From positions 32,001 to 96,000 of the IMG/VR virus record IMGVR_UViG_3300013383_000017: 64,000 bases of DNA; one strand, written 5' to 3'. The stretch is from a virus. Its lineage: Duplodnaviria; Caudoviricetes. A program made the translations under genes and the position numbers. Below the pieces are notes generated by a model that ran no database searches, was not told the DNA's origin, and worked only from the letters and a program-made list of their open reading frames with translations. Every line of letters starts with the position of its first letter. The first letter of the stretch is position 1. This document shows, one piece after another, positions 24,914 through 35,180 of this stretch.

Positions 24914-27241
24914 ATGCAATTCGATATATCAGAATTGGGTGGCAGTTTCCCTAAACAATTACTGCCCTTTAGTCAAAAAGGAAGTAAATGGAGAGCACAA
25001 TGTGTTTACTGGGGAGCAAGTAGAAATATAATGACTTCTTCTCCTATAAGAAGGTCTGTAGCACACAAACAAATAAACTATGACCTCTTAAATGGTAAAC
25101 TACACATGGAAGATTTAAGTCTGATACTTAATCCTTTCAATATGCAAGGTGCTTTTATTCCTAAAGCAATACAACACTTTCCTATAATGAATACTAAGAT
25201 ACAGATACTTAGGGGTGAGGAAGGTAAAAGGGTTTTTGACTATAGTGTAATTATAACTAATCCCAACTCAGTTTCAGAAATAGAAAGGAACAAAATGGAA
25301 GAGTATAAAAGGAGATTAGCAGAATTAATACAAACATCACAAGAACAAGGTGTTGACCAACAAAGAGTTCAAGAACTCTCTGATTACATGAATTATAAAT
25401 GGAAAGATATAAGGGAAGTAAAAGCAAATGCCTTTATTAATCATTATTGGAAAGAACAGAATTTTGGATTAAAGTTTAATAATGGTTTTGTAGATGCTTT
25501 GACAGTAGGAGAAGAAATTTATCAATGTACTGTAGTACAAGGAGAACCAACTCTTATAAAGTTAAATCCTAGAAAAGTAAGAATCTATCAATCTGGTTTC
25601 TCCAATAGAATAGAAGATGCCGATATGATAGTGATAGAAGATTATTGGTCACCCGGCAGAGTAATTGATACATACTGTGATATTCTTAAAAAAGAAGATA
25701 TAAAAAGAATAGAGGAATTACAATGCAGTGTTCATTTTGGGGGTAGTAAAGAGAATGTTGATGAAAGGTTAGGTTTTTATAAAACAGACACACCACTTAC
25801 ACCACAAGATTTATTTACTACTGATACTGATACTTACAATGGATTACCTTATGATATAAATGGTAATGTTAGAGTTTGTCAAGTTTTCTGGAAATCAAAA
25901 AGAAAGATAAAGAAAGTAAAGTCTTATGATCCTATGACTGGAGAAGAGATTTTTAATCTTTATGATGAAGACTATATTTGTAATAAAGATATGGGTGAAA
26001 CAGAAACTACTATGTGGATAAACCAAGCTTTTCAAGGTACTATGGTTGGAGAAAATATCTTTTTAGATTTAGGCCCTTGTCCTATTCAATTTAATAGAGT
26101 TAGTAATCCTTCAAAATGCCATTTTGGTATAATAGGCTCTATATATAATCTTAATGATGACAAGCCTTTTTCTCTTGTAGATATTATGAAGCCTTATAAC
26201 TATATGTATGATGTTATATACGATAGATTAAATGGTTTAATTGCAAGAAATCATGGTAAAGTTATTAGACTAGACTTAGCAAAGGTACCAGATAAATGGA
26301 ATATAGATAAATGGCTTACTATTTTAAAAACAGCTGGTATAGCAGTAGAAGATTCTTTTAAAGAAGGTAATAAGGGTCTTGCAACAGGTAAATTAGCTGG
26401 TTCTTTAAATAATGCTAGTTCTGGTGTTGTTGATGCAGAGTTAGGACAATCTATTCAGCAGCATATCTCTATTCTTGAGTATTTAAAGAATGAAATGGGA
26501 GAAGTAGCAGGCATATCAAGACAGAGAGAGGGTCAGATATCTCAAACAGAAACTGTGGGAGGTGTAGAGAGAGCTACATTACAATCTTCTCACATCACAG
26601 AGTGGCTATTTATGACTCATGATGATGTCAAGAAAAGAGTGGTAGAATGTTTTTTAGAGATATGTAAGATAGCATCAAAAGGTAGAAATATTAAGTTTCA
26701 ATACATTACTCCAGAACAGGCACAAATGGTTGTTGATATTGATGGGGATGAATTTTCTGAAAGTGACTATGGTTTAGTTGTGAATAATTCTCTTAATACA
26801 CAAGAACTTAAAGCAAATCTCCCTATGATAATACAAGCTGGTTTACAAAGTCAAGCATTGTCATTCTCTTCTGCTATGAAGATATGGAGTGCTAATTCTG
26901 TGGTTGAAAAGCAAAGAATGATAGAAGCTGATGAGAAGAGAATCAGAGAGCAACAACAACAAGCACAGCAGCAGCAACTAGAGTCACAACAACAAATTGC
27001 TCAAATGCAGCAACAGTTGGAAGAAGCAAAACTAGAGCAGGCAGATTTATTAAATAAGAGGGATAATGATACTAAAGTTCTAATTGCTACTATAAATGCT
27101 CAATCTCATTCTTATGAAAATGATAAAGAGAGACTAGAGGAATCAAAAAGGCAATTTGATGCTAAACTTTCTTTAGACAAAGAAAAGTTTTCTTTTGATA
27201 AGGAGATAGCTAATAAAAGAGTGAATCAAAAGAAAAAATGA
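24914..27241 (+). CDS. Portal protein
   Basis: crAss-type portal: NYDLLNG, GISRQREGQI, Gln-rich C-terminal coil. Follows TerL. Confidence 0.92.
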   Translation: MQFDISELGGSFPKQLLPFSQKGSKWRAQCVYWGASRNIMTSSPIRRSVAHKQINYDLLNGKLHMEDLSLILNPFNMQGAFIPKAIQHFPIMNTKIQILRGEEGKRVFDYSVIITNPNSVSEIERNKMEEYKRRLAELIQTSQEQGVDQQRVQELSDYMNYKWKDIREVKANAFINHYWKEQNFGLKFNNGFVDALTVGEEIYQCTVVQGEPTLIKLNPRKVRIYQSGFSNRIEDADMIVIEDYWSPGRVIDTYCDILKKEDIKRIEELQCSVHFGGSKENVDERLGFYKTDTPLTPQDLFTTDTDTYNGLPYDINGNVRVCQVFWKSKRKIKKVKSYDPMTGEEIFNLYDEDYICNKDMGETETTMWINQAFQGTMVGENIFLDLGPCPIQFNRVSNPSKCHFGIIGSIYNLNDDKPFSLVDIMKPYNYMYDVIYDRLNGLIARNHGKVIRLDLAKVPDKWNIDKWLTILKTAGIAVEDSFKEGNKGLATGKLAGSLNNASSGVVDAELGQSIQQHISILEYLKNEMGEVAGISRQREGQISQTETVGGVERATLQSSHITEWLFMTHDDVKKRVVECFLEICKIASKGRNIKFQYITPEQAQMVVDIDGDEFSESDYGLVVNNSLNTQELKANLPMIIQAGLQSQALSFSSAMKIWSANSVVEKQRMIEADEKRIREQQQQAQQQQLESQQQIAQMQQQLEEAKLEQADLLNKRDNDTKVLIATINAQSHSYENDKERLEESKRQFDAKLSLDKEKFSFDKEIANKRVNQKKK

Positions 27242-27316
27242 TTAAAATAAAACCTAATAAAAAATATAATAAATATAGGGGTAGGAAACTATCCCTATGT
27301 TATTAAATTCATTATT

Positions 27317-27934
27317 ATGAAAATTAAAACAGGGATTGAAATAGTATCTATGCTTTTTATTTTATTCTTTATTGTGGGAAGTATTATTCAAAATAAAGAG
27401 CTAAAAGAGGCAAGAGAAAAAATAGAGATTCTAAATAGAAATTATTTTACATTAGAAAAAGAATATAATAATGCCTTAAATCAAAATTCTTTATACATTT
27501 TTACTATTGATAACCTAAGAAACTCTAATGATTCCATTATTATGGAATTAGAGAAGACAAGAAAACAATTAAAAATTAAAGATAAAGATATAAAAGAACT
27601 AGGCTATTTACTATCACAAGCTAATAAAAAGGATACTATATTTTTAAAAGATACTATTTTTAGAGAGAAAGTAGTTGTGGATACTGTTATTACTGATTCT
27701 ACATGGTATAAAACAAATATACATCTAGAATATCCTAATATAATACAATTGGAACAATCTTTTATTAGTGAAAAAGAATTATTTTTTTACAAACATACAG
27801 AAATAATAAACCCTTCTAAATGCTGGTTTATAAATTTATTTAAGAAAAAAAGGGATACAATGGAAGTAGTAGTGGAAGAAAAGAATCCTTATATAAAAAA
27901 TAAAAAACAAAAATTTATACATATAATACAATGA
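27317..27934 (+). CDS. N-terminally anchored coiled-coil protein (spanin-like candidate)
   Basis: TM anchor, coiled coil, DTI..KDTIF repeats, WF..LFKKK. Confidence 0.55.
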   Translation: MKIKTGIEIVSMLFILFFIVGSIIQNKELKEAREKIEILNRNYFTLEKEYNNALNQNSLYIFTIDNLRNSNDSIIMELEKTRKQLKIKDKDIKELGYLLSQANKKDTIFLKDTIFREKVVVDTVITDSTWYKTNIHLEYPNIIQLEQSFISEKELFFYKHTEIINPSKCWFINLFKKKRDTMEVVVEEKNPYIKNKKQKFIHIIQ

Positions 27935-28263
27935 TTGAGCCTTTATCTACACTACTAATCACTGCTGGTACTTCTTGTATTACTGGTTTTACTACTTGGT
28001 TTTTCTCTAGGAGAAAATATAATCAAGAAGTTGCAGGTGATAATATAAAAAATCTTCAAGAATCTTTAGATTTTTATATTAAATTATCAGATGATAATAA
28101 TAAAAGATTGGGAGAGATTCTTGAAAGAAATAACCAATTAGAGAAACAGATAATTGAAGTTAAAAAGGAAAATTTTGATTTGAAAGAACTTATGAATGAT
28201 CAAATACTTCAAATAGAAACCCTTACAAAACAGGTTAATTTACTAATACAAAAAAACAAATAA
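27931..28263 (+). CDS. TM plus coiled-coil protein (holin/lysis-associated candidate)
   Basis: TWFFSRRKYNQEV...SLDFYIKLSDD. Confidence 0.55.
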   Translation: MIEPLSTLLITAGTSCITGFTTWFFSRRKYNQEVAGDNIKNLQESLDFYIKLSDDNNKRLGEILERNNQLEKQIIEVKKENFDLKELMNDQILQIETLTKQVNLLIQKNK

Positions 28264-28265
28264 TT

Positions 28266-28364
28266 ATGGGAAAGAAAAAAACAGGAAGAGCAAAACCTAT
28301 GGTTGGGAAAGCAGGAGTACCCAAAAAGGATACTGGAAACTCAAAAAGGGGAAAATGCAAATAA
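28266..28364 (+). CDS. Small basic protein (32 aa, not in ORF track)
   Basis: MGKKKTGRAKPMVGKAGVPKKDTGNSKRGKCK; ATG two nt after the upstream stop. Confidence 0.6.
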   Translation: MGKKKTGRAKPMVGKAGVPKKDTGNSKRGKCK

Positions 28365-28767
28365 TAGATTATTATATAAAGTATTTTTAATTTCTATTAA
28401 ATATTCCCCATTACTACTGATTGTTCTCAGTCTTACAAATACAATACATGGTTATTTTAATTTGACTATATGTATATGTAATTATATTGGTGGTATATCT
28501 ATTATTCTGCTTTTAATATTATATCTATCTTCTTTGGTATTTAAATTTTGTAAATACTATAAAATGGCACTTTTTTATCTATTAATTAATTGGGCTATTA
28601 ATATTATAGATTGTTATATTGGAATACCTATATCTGATTTTAGATATTTGGAATTGCAGCTGTTTGTTTTTGGTACTTTTTTAATTTTAATGTTAATTAG
28701 TTATGTTAGAAATCATAAAGAAACTCTTACTGCAAATAGTAAAAGACATAGATACAGGCAACTCTAA
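28303..28767 (+). CDS. Four-TM membrane protein
   Basis: Hydrophobic segments, FKFCKYYKM. Start uncertain (no ATG). Confidence 0.6.
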   Translation: MGKQEYPKRILETQKGENANNRLLYKVFLISIKYSPLLLIVLSLTNTIHGYFNLTICICNYIGGISIILLLILYLSSLVFKFCKYYKMALFYLLINWAINIIDCYIGIPISDFRYLELQLFVFGTFLILMLISYVRNHKETLTANSKRHRYRQL

Positions 28768-28978
28768 CCTTACAGAAGAAGAACAAATAAAAGCAATACA
28801 AGAAATTAAAAACTTTACAAGGAAAGACATAGGTTTAAGTAAAAGCCAAGCATGTTCTTTTTTAAATATCAGTAGGGCTAAATTTGATAATTTAGTAAAG
28901 AATGGCAAGTTACCTAAAGGAAAGAAAGTGCTTGGTTTTAAAGAACTTAGATGGTATAAAAAAGATTTAAAATTATGA
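28703..28978 (+). CDS. Excisionase/AlpA-like HTH protein
   Basis: LSKSQACSFLNISRAKFDNLVKNGKLPKG...LRWYKKDL. Confidence 0.75.
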   Translation: MLEIIKKLLLQIVKDIDTGNSNLTEEEQIKAIQEIKNFTRKDIGLSKSQACSFLNISRAKFDNLVKNGKLPKGKKVLGFKELRWYKKDLKL

Positions 28979-29469
28979 TTACTATAGAAGAGCAAATCAG
29001 AAAAATAATAAAATCTTCTTTACCTCCTAAAGATGAAAGTGTTATATGGTTAGATGTTTCTAACCCAAGTAAGCCACTATTAAAGTATTATGATTTTGGT
29101 GAGTGGGTACCTATGTCAACTACAGATGTTGAAGTAGCAGGTATTAAAGATGAGATTAAAAATCTAAAGAAAGAAGTAGATACAAAATGTAGTGGTATAA
29201 AAATATATAATGTAGACGAAAAAGAGTTAATATCTGAAAGTATAGGAGATGTTGTAACTATTAAAGTAGGTAAGATTCCTATAGAAAAAATAGATGGTTT
29301 AGAAGAGAAATTGTCTAGTCTTTCTTCTGGTATAGAAGGTATTAAAATAATAAAACATGATAATGTTACTATGCTTCCTATAGATAAAAATAAAAATGCT
29401 AATATTCAATTAGGGAATTCTTTATCTATTGACACTAATACATTAAATCTTGTTTGGGAAGAAAATTAA
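28975..29469 (+). CDS. Putative fibre/adaptor protein
   Basis: PP.....WLD...P.LKYY..GEW N-terminal fibre motif; ends LVWEEN. Confidence 0.55.
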   Translation: MITIEEQIRKIIKSSLPPKDESVIWLDVSNPSKPLLKYYDFGEWVPMSTTDVEVAGIKDEIKNLKKEVDTKCSGIKIYNVDEKELISESIGDVVTIKVGKIPIEKIDGLEEKLSSLSSGIEGIKIIKHDNVTMLPIDKNKNANIQLGNSLSIDTNTLNLVWEEN

Positions 29470-29492
29470 CTTATTAATTTATATTAAATTAT

Positions 29493-30740
29493 ATGGCAAA
29501 CACAAAATTAAAATTTAGAAAATTGGCAGCCGCCCCTACATCTGGGATGACTGCAGGAGAGGTGATTTTCTGTACAGGTGACCATACTATCTATGTGGCT
29601 ACCAGCGATACAGCAAAGCAGGCTTTTTATGGTGGAAATGTAAAAAATGTTACTTCCACCGATGGTAAGCTAATCTTCTCCTTTATGGATGGAACGAAGA
29701 ATTTGGAAGTTGACTTTAGTGATATGAACTCCACCCTTGCAACACTTACTAATTCTGTTAGTGACTTACAGGGAAGAGTTGACATTCTGGTAGGAAATCA
29801 ATTGGTTGAGGGTAAGGATATTCATTTTACTACTGGGGAAGAAGCTACTGTAGATAATCCACAGAATGCTATAAATGTATCACTTGATAAGGATATTACT
29901 GTTATGGGTGTTACCGTGGGTAATCTTACTAATGGTAGTAAACTTTTAAAAGGTAAATCTCTTTCTGAAATACTTCAGCAGATATTGATGAAGACAATTG
30001 ATGCAAAGGTGGGTGCATATCCATCTGTCACACTAACTGCAACAGGTATAAGCAATGGCCAAAGAGTTGAAGTTGGTGCTAATGTTACTGCTACACTTTC
30101 TTATACTTATATTGATGGTAAGTTTGTGGGAGCAGAAAGTGCTTACTCTTATAATCAAGTAGCTGGATGTACAAAGGGGGCAGTCAAGTACTATTGTAAT
30201 GGTTCAGAGATTACTTCTCCTCACAAGCCGTCTCTTACTGAAGATGCTTTCCAGTACAAATGTACGGCAGCATATAGTGCAAGTACTAATACTCCAAAGA
30301 AAAATGATGGAACAAATTCTGCTGTAAAGATAGCAGCAGGAACTGCAACATCAAATATTATAACCATTTATGCGAGGTATCCTATCTATACTAATGGCGT
30401 TACTTCGTCTATATCAGATACCACTGCTCCTACTGTAACTGCAACGGCTGATAGCACAAAATTACCTCTTGTGGATAATGGAACTCAATTCGGAGTTGCT
30501 TTTGCAGCTATGACTACTTCTACTGGTTATCGTCTTTTACTCCACGATGGAAAGAAGATAACATCAGCAAAGGCTTTAAATGGTCTTACTGGTAAGTATG
30601 ATATTGATGTTACTTCAAAGTTTGTTAAAGGTTCTTCAGTTTCAAAAGCAGTGGGGACCGGTTCTTCTACTTATAATGTATGGGAATACAAAGCAACAGA
30701 AGGCGCTAATAGAGTGGTTTTTACAATTGGTAATGAATAG
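29493..30740 (+). CDS. Putative head/tail fibre protein
   Basis: Thr/Ala/Gly-rich beta protein between portal and MCP; GC-richer than flanks. Confidence 0.6.
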   Translation: MANTKLKFRKLAAAPTSGMTAGEVIFCTGDHTIYVATSDTAKQAFYGGNVKNVTSTDGKLIFSFMDGTKNLEVDFSDMNSTLATLTNSVSDLQGRVDILVGNQLVEGKDIHFTTGEEATVDNPQNAINVSLDKDITVMGVTVGNLTNGSKLLKGKSLSEILQQILMKTIDAKVGAYPSVTLTATGISNGQRVEVGANVTATLSYTYIDGKFVGAESAYSYNQVAGCTKGAVKYYCNGSEITSPHKPSLTEDAFQYKCTAAYSASTNTPKKNDGTNSAVKIAAGTATSNIITIYARYPIYTNGVTSSISDTTAPTVTATADSTKLPLVDNGTQFGVAFAAMTTSTGYRLLLHDGKKITSAKALNGLTGKYDIDVTSKFVKGSSVSKAVGTGSSTYNVWEYKATEGANRVVFTIGNE

Positions 30741-30751
30741 GAGGAAAAATT

Positions 30752-32035
30752 ATGGGAAAGAAATTTAATGGAAATATTAAGCTTGCATCTGCAATAAATA
30801 GAACAGGTGCTCAACCTCTTGATGATAGTGTTGTTGTTGCAACAGTTGCGGATTTATATAATAGTTTTGGTGCTACTGCTTACGAAGGTATGATGGTATG
30901 TGTCCTCGCCGACCATAATATTTATGTCTTGACAGATGTATCTAAAGTAAGTACAGCAGCCGGATGGAAAAAGATTGGTGATGCATCAAGTGACATATCT
31001 GGTGCAATTGCTGCCCTTGATGTTACTTCAAATAAAAGTGCTTCTGTTGCTGGTATAGCAGTAACTGTTAATCAGACAGATGGTAAAGTACAAAAACCAG
31101 TTGTAGAAGTCACTGCAGGTAGTGTAGCAAGTGGCAATGCAAATGTAGTAACGGGCGGTGCAGTATATACTGCAATTAATAATGCATTAGGAAGTGTCTA
31201 TAAGGTTAAGGGAAGTTATTCTACCCTTGATGCTCTTGAAGATGGTGTAGCCGAAGCAAATAGAAAGGAGGGTGATGTTTATAACATTGAGCAGGGGTTC
31301 ACTCTTGCTAATAAGAAATATCCAGCAGGAACTAATGTTGTGTGGGTTGCAGAGCAGACTATCGGGCAGCTGGTGACCGCAGCACATTGGGATGCTCTTG
31401 GTGGAACGATAGACCTTTCTAATTTTGCCACTGCAGCACAGGGAAAATTGGCTGATACTGCTATGCAGGGTGCTTCTGGTGATAGTTACATATCAGCCGT
31501 AGCTGGTGGTACTGCAGGCAAGACAGTCACAGTTACTGCCAATGTAACAAAGATGGCTGATGTTAAGACTGGTACTGTCGCACTTGCCGATGCTGCTGAT
31601 GTTAAGTCTTATGTTGATACAAAGGCATCAGCTGCAGCATCTGCTGGTGTTACTTCTTTAGGAGGAAAAACTGGTGCTATATCAGTAGACTCTGGGAAGA
31701 CCACACTTGGAGATGTCAATTTCACTATCAGTGATGATAAAAAACTAACTGGTTCAGTTGCTGGTATCAAGTCAGCAGCAGGAAAAGAAGCAAGTGATTT
31801 TGCAACTGCTGCACAAGGAGCAAAGGCTGATAGTGCAGTGCAGTCTGTTACAGGAAGTGGTTGTGTGAAGGTTGTAAAAGATGATGCTTTTACTAATGGT
31901 GCTATTGTTTCTGTTACCACAAAAGATATAAAAACAGCAACAGAGAGAGATGATGGTCTTGTAATTGCATCAGATGTGCAAAGTTATGTTAGCACCTCTA
32001 TAAAGGATGCTATGGTCTGGGCAGAGTTCGCATAA
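30752..32035 (+). CDS. Putative fibre protein
   Basis: AYEGMMV, GDVYN...AGTNVVW...WDALGG, two FATAAQG..AD repeats. Confidence 0.65.
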   Translation: MGKKFNGNIKLASAINRTGAQPLDDSVVVATVADLYNSFGATAYEGMMVCVLADHNIYVLTDVSKVSTAAGWKKIGDASSDISGAIAALDVTSNKSASVAGIAVTVNQTDGKVQKPVVEVTAGSVASGNANVVTGGAVYTAINNALGSVYKVKGSYSTLDALEDGVAEANRKEGDVYNIEQGFTLANKKYPAGTNVVWVAEQTIGQLVTAAHWDALGGTIDLSNFATAAQGKLADTAMQGASGDSYISAVAGGTAGKTVTVTANVTKMADVKTGTVALADAADVKSYVDTKASAAASAGVTSLGGKTGAISVDSGKTTLGDVNFTISDDKKLTGSVAGIKSAAGKEASDFATAAQGAKADSAVQSVTGSGCVKVVKDDAFTNGAIVSVTTKDIKTATERDDGLVIASDVQSYVSTSIKDAMVWAEFA

Positions 32036-32093
32036 AATATTTAGTATAGTGAGGGTGATACTTCACTATACTCCTAATTAAAATTATTTAAGT

Positions 32094-34745
32094 ATGAGTA
32101 AACCATATAAACTACATAAAGTAAACTCCCTTCCTTCAACAGCAACGGAAGGTGATATTTACTTTGTAAAAAGTGATAAGAAGATATATGTAAGAACTGC
32201 AAGTGGTTGGGAAGATTTTAATGGTGTTCCTGTTAATAACCTCACCACTACTACTACTGGAAAGGCTCTTGATGCAGCACAAGGCTATGCACTAAAACAA
32301 GCAATTGATGCAGCAAAAATACCTCAAATGCAACCAGCACCATATATACCATATGAGGTTACTTATGGAACTGCTGGCTATGTAACTGCTCCTTTTTTAG
32401 GGATAAATTATAGAAATAGTGGTAAAAGAGATGTACTAACTTCAAGAGGTTGGCAACAATTGACTGATAAGGATTTAATTTTAGGTCCCGGAACTCAATT
32501 ATCTCCAATAGATTACATCCTGAATCCAGTTACTTCTTTAAATATGCTTAATTACCTTCCTGCAGAGCAAATAATATTAGAGGTAAGCTTAGACGGAGGT
32601 AGTACTTGGAAAAGTTATAGAGAGTGGTATAATGAAAATATAGCGAATACACCTTTAATGGATTCACAGTATAAAAACTATAAAAGATCATTATTTAATA
32701 ACACATCAACATTTAATATATCAATACCAACCAAAAACAATAAAAAATCAGTTGATTGTAAACTAAGAGTTACATTTACTGCAATGCAATTCAATGTTCC
32801 AGATGGTACTCCAGAAACTGAAATAGTAAATTATTGGAAATCAGATTATGTTAATATATGTGAAAGATACTGTAGATTAAATAAATTTCTTATTAATATT
32901 AGTACAAGTGGCGCTCCGGGAATTAGGTGCCTACATGAAATTAGAAAAGGAAATTCGGATATATGGGAGGAGTGTCGAACATCAGAAAAGATGATAGGCT
33001 GGACAGGTTGGAACTCTTTCCCAATTGGAAATAAGAATGATTCTATTAGTTCCTGTACTTTCGGTGGATCGACCTCTCAAGTTAATAATTACTGGTGTCA
33101 TAGATTAACCTTCTTTATTTGTGGAGAAAAAGAAGAGTCTGATGACGCTACAATAGAGAGTCAAAGTAGTCAAGATTACTTATCTATTCGGAGTAGTATT
33201 ATTAGCATACTTGGGTTTGGTTATGCATATTTTATGGCCCCTAGCTATAATAAAACTAATTTTCCATTTTATTCAGATTTTCTTAAACAGACACACTTTC
33301 TAGGAAATATATTTATACAGGATTCAAATAATACGATTGTAGCCTCAATTGAAGATAATGGTAATTTGTATGCTAAGAATATATATGAAGGTAATAAAGT
33401 CGCTTCCAATTCACTTAGTAATAAATATGCAAATAAGACTTATAATGCTAAATCCTATGAAGCAATAAACATAAAGACAGATAATTCAGCAGAAAGCAAA
33501 GCAGCCAATGTAGCAGCAATAAAGGCATATACTGATAACCTTATTAGTTTGGGAGTAAGCTTGAATAATGGATTTATAATACCTGTAAGAGTAGACAGTA
33601 TTAACTATGGGGTATTGGTAGGCTCCGGAAGTACACCTCGATTACATGGGTATATCAATCGAGATAATACATGTAATTCCTTGGTTATTGCAGTTGATGG
33701 TACTGCAGCTATGTCACAAATACAAAGAGCAGCAGAATCTACTCTTTCTACCACCTCAAAAACCATAGTAGGAGCAATCAACGAATTGAAGACAGAAGCA
33801 GGGATGAGGGATAATGATATAAGTGCAGCACAAAGTCAAGCATTATCGGCGCAAGAAGAAGCCACAGATGCAAAGAATAAGGTTACTGACCTTGAAAAGA
33901 AAATACCTACCATAGATAGTGCGCTAAGTGACACTTCCACTAATCCTGTTCAGAATAAGATATTAAAAACCTGCTTAGATAATATAGCAGATAATGTAGA
34001 TGCAGCTGCTGATGCGGTCGCAACTCTTTCTAATAAGGAAACTACCATTGCAGGACAGAAAGTGAAGATTGGAGGAGAAATAACTGCCGTACAACTAACA
34101 AAAGGATTAAGATTTCCAATTCGCAGTGTGCTTAACCTTTTAGAGAGTGACCAAAGTCTTAGTTTAAGTTCATTTAATGCATATCTAACTGAGAATAATT
34201 TAAGCTTGCAAGATTACTTCTGTGCACCTACTATGATTTATCGTTCAGAAGATGACGCAGAACCGAAGTGTGGTATGATGTATAATTCACCTACTTCACA
34301 CTGCCTTACAGGTATATTTGACACAGGTACAGACACAGTGGAGTTCGAGGATATTCAGAAAATTCAATTTAATACAAACTCTGGAACAATTAATATAGGC
34401 AATAATGGCTTAGCAGAAGTACCTTCTGCAACTATTAACCTATCATCAGTGCCAACCACAAGCACCCCAGTAACCACAACCCTGAATGATTATGACTATA
34501 AGCAAATGACAGATTTAAGTATTAAGAAATATGTGAAATTTCCTAATACGATGTCTGTTAATAACGCAAGAACACTTATGGAATTAACTCTTATGGAAAA
34601 GAGTGAAATGATTAGACTTAGTGGTGCAGAAGAGGTATGGACATATGTATATCAGCACATCTGCTATTATGGGGGTGGTATTCATGTCTTTGAATTTAGT
34701 CTAAATAGTGATACCAAAGTTTTAACTGCTAAAATGATAATGTAA
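32094..34745 (+). CDS. Putative tail fibre / receptor-binding protein
   Basis: NNLTTT..GKALDAAQG, L.T.SKTIVGAINEL and DSALS.TSTNPVQNK fibre motifs; mosaic. Confidence 0.65.
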   Translation: MSKPYKLHKVNSLPSTATEGDIYFVKSDKKIYVRTASGWEDFNGVPVNNLTTTTTGKALDAAQGYALKQAIDAAKIPQMQPAPYIPYEVTYGTAGYVTAPFLGINYRNSGKRDVLTSRGWQQLTDKDLILGPGTQLSPIDYILNPVTSLNMLNYLPAEQIILEVSLDGGSTWKSYREWYNENIANTPLMDSQYKNYKRSLFNNTSTFNISIPTKNNKKSVDCKLRVTFTAMQFNVPDGTPETEIVNYWKSDYVNICERYCRLNKFLINISTSGAPGIRCLHEIRKGNSDIWEECRTSEKMIGWTGWNSFPIGNKNDSISSCTFGGSTSQVNNYWCHRLTFFICGEKEESDDATIESQSSQDYLSIRSSIISILGFGYAYFMAPSYNKTNFPFYSDFLKQTHFLGNIFIQDSNNTIVASIEDNGNLYAKNIYEGNKVASNSLSNKYANKTYNAKSYEAINIKTDNSAESKAANVAAIKAYTDNLISLGVSLNNGFIIPVRVDSINYGVLVGSGSTPRLHGYINRDNTCNSLVIAVDGTAAMSQIQRAAESTLSTTSKTIVGAINELKTEAGMRDNDISAAQSQALSAQEEATDAKNKVTDLEKKIPTIDSALSDTSTNPVQNKILKTCLDNIADNVDAAADAVATLSNKETTIAGQKVKIGGEITAVQLTKGLRFPIRSVLNLLESDQSLSLSSFNAYLTENNLSLQDYFCAPTMIYRSEDDAEPKCGMMYNSPTSHCLTGIFDTGTDTVEFEDIQKIQFNTNSGTINIGNNGLAEVPSATINLSSVPTTSTPVTTTLNDYDYKQMTDLSIKKYVKFPNTMSVNNARTLMELTLMEKSEMIRLSGAEEVWTYVYQHICYYGGGIHVFEFSLNSDTKVLTAKMIM

Positions 34746-34747
34746 TT

Positions 34748-35047
34748 ATGTGTGACATTATTTATAATTATATAAACAAATTAATAGCATTCTCTAAAAG
34801 ACATGATATACTATATAGTATTATATGTCTAATTATAGTAACAGTTTTATACTTTTTTCCTATAAATATATATGTAGCAACTTTTATAATATTATTAATT
34901 TCTTTTCCTTATTTTAATGAACCTAAGAAATTATCTTTTGGTAAGTACAAAAAAATGGATGAACAATGTGATACAATATATATGTTTACTGGTATAATAG
35001 TAGGAGCTGTATTATGTATTATAGCATTAAATGGTAATGTTTTTTAG
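34748..35047 (+). CDS. Small membrane protein
   Basis: Three hydrophobic segments. Confidence 0.55.
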   Translation: MCDIIYNYINKLIAFSKRHDILYSIICLIIVTVLYFFPINIYVATFIILLISFPYFNEPKKLSFGKYKKMDEQCDTIYMFTGIIVGAVLCIIALNGNVF

Positions 35048-35050
35048 TAT

Positions 35051-35090
35051 AAATCCTCAATAGAGTAACTTCTATTGGGGATTTATTTTT
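35051..35090 (+). terminator. Rho-independent terminator
   Basis: AAATCCTCAATAGA-GTAACT-TCTATTGGGGATTT-ATTTTT. Confidence 0.75.
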
Positions 35091-35123
35091 ATATATAGTA
35101 ATGTTTTCTTTTTACTTTAAAAT

Positions 35124-35160
35124 AACATATCTTTGTATTGTAAGCTTACAGAGATATGTT
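35124..35160 (+). promoter_or_regulatory. -7 promoter element inside an operator-like inverted repeat
   Basis: TATCTTTG (35128-35135) within AACATATCTTTGTA...TACAGAGATATGTT; palindrome TGTAAGCTTACA at 35139-35150. Confidence 0.65.
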
Positions 35161-35180
35161 TAATTTTTAATTATAATTTT

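Noticed and set aside
28975-34745. Diversity-generating retroelement or shufflon acting on the fibres
   Set aside because: No reverse transcriptase, TR/VR pair or recombinase is visible in the window.
35133-35180. Extended ORF-track starts (also 3484, 13089, 15129, 40525)
   Set aside because: They overlap promoters, neighbouring genes or intron RNA; downstream ATGs match the family N-termini better.
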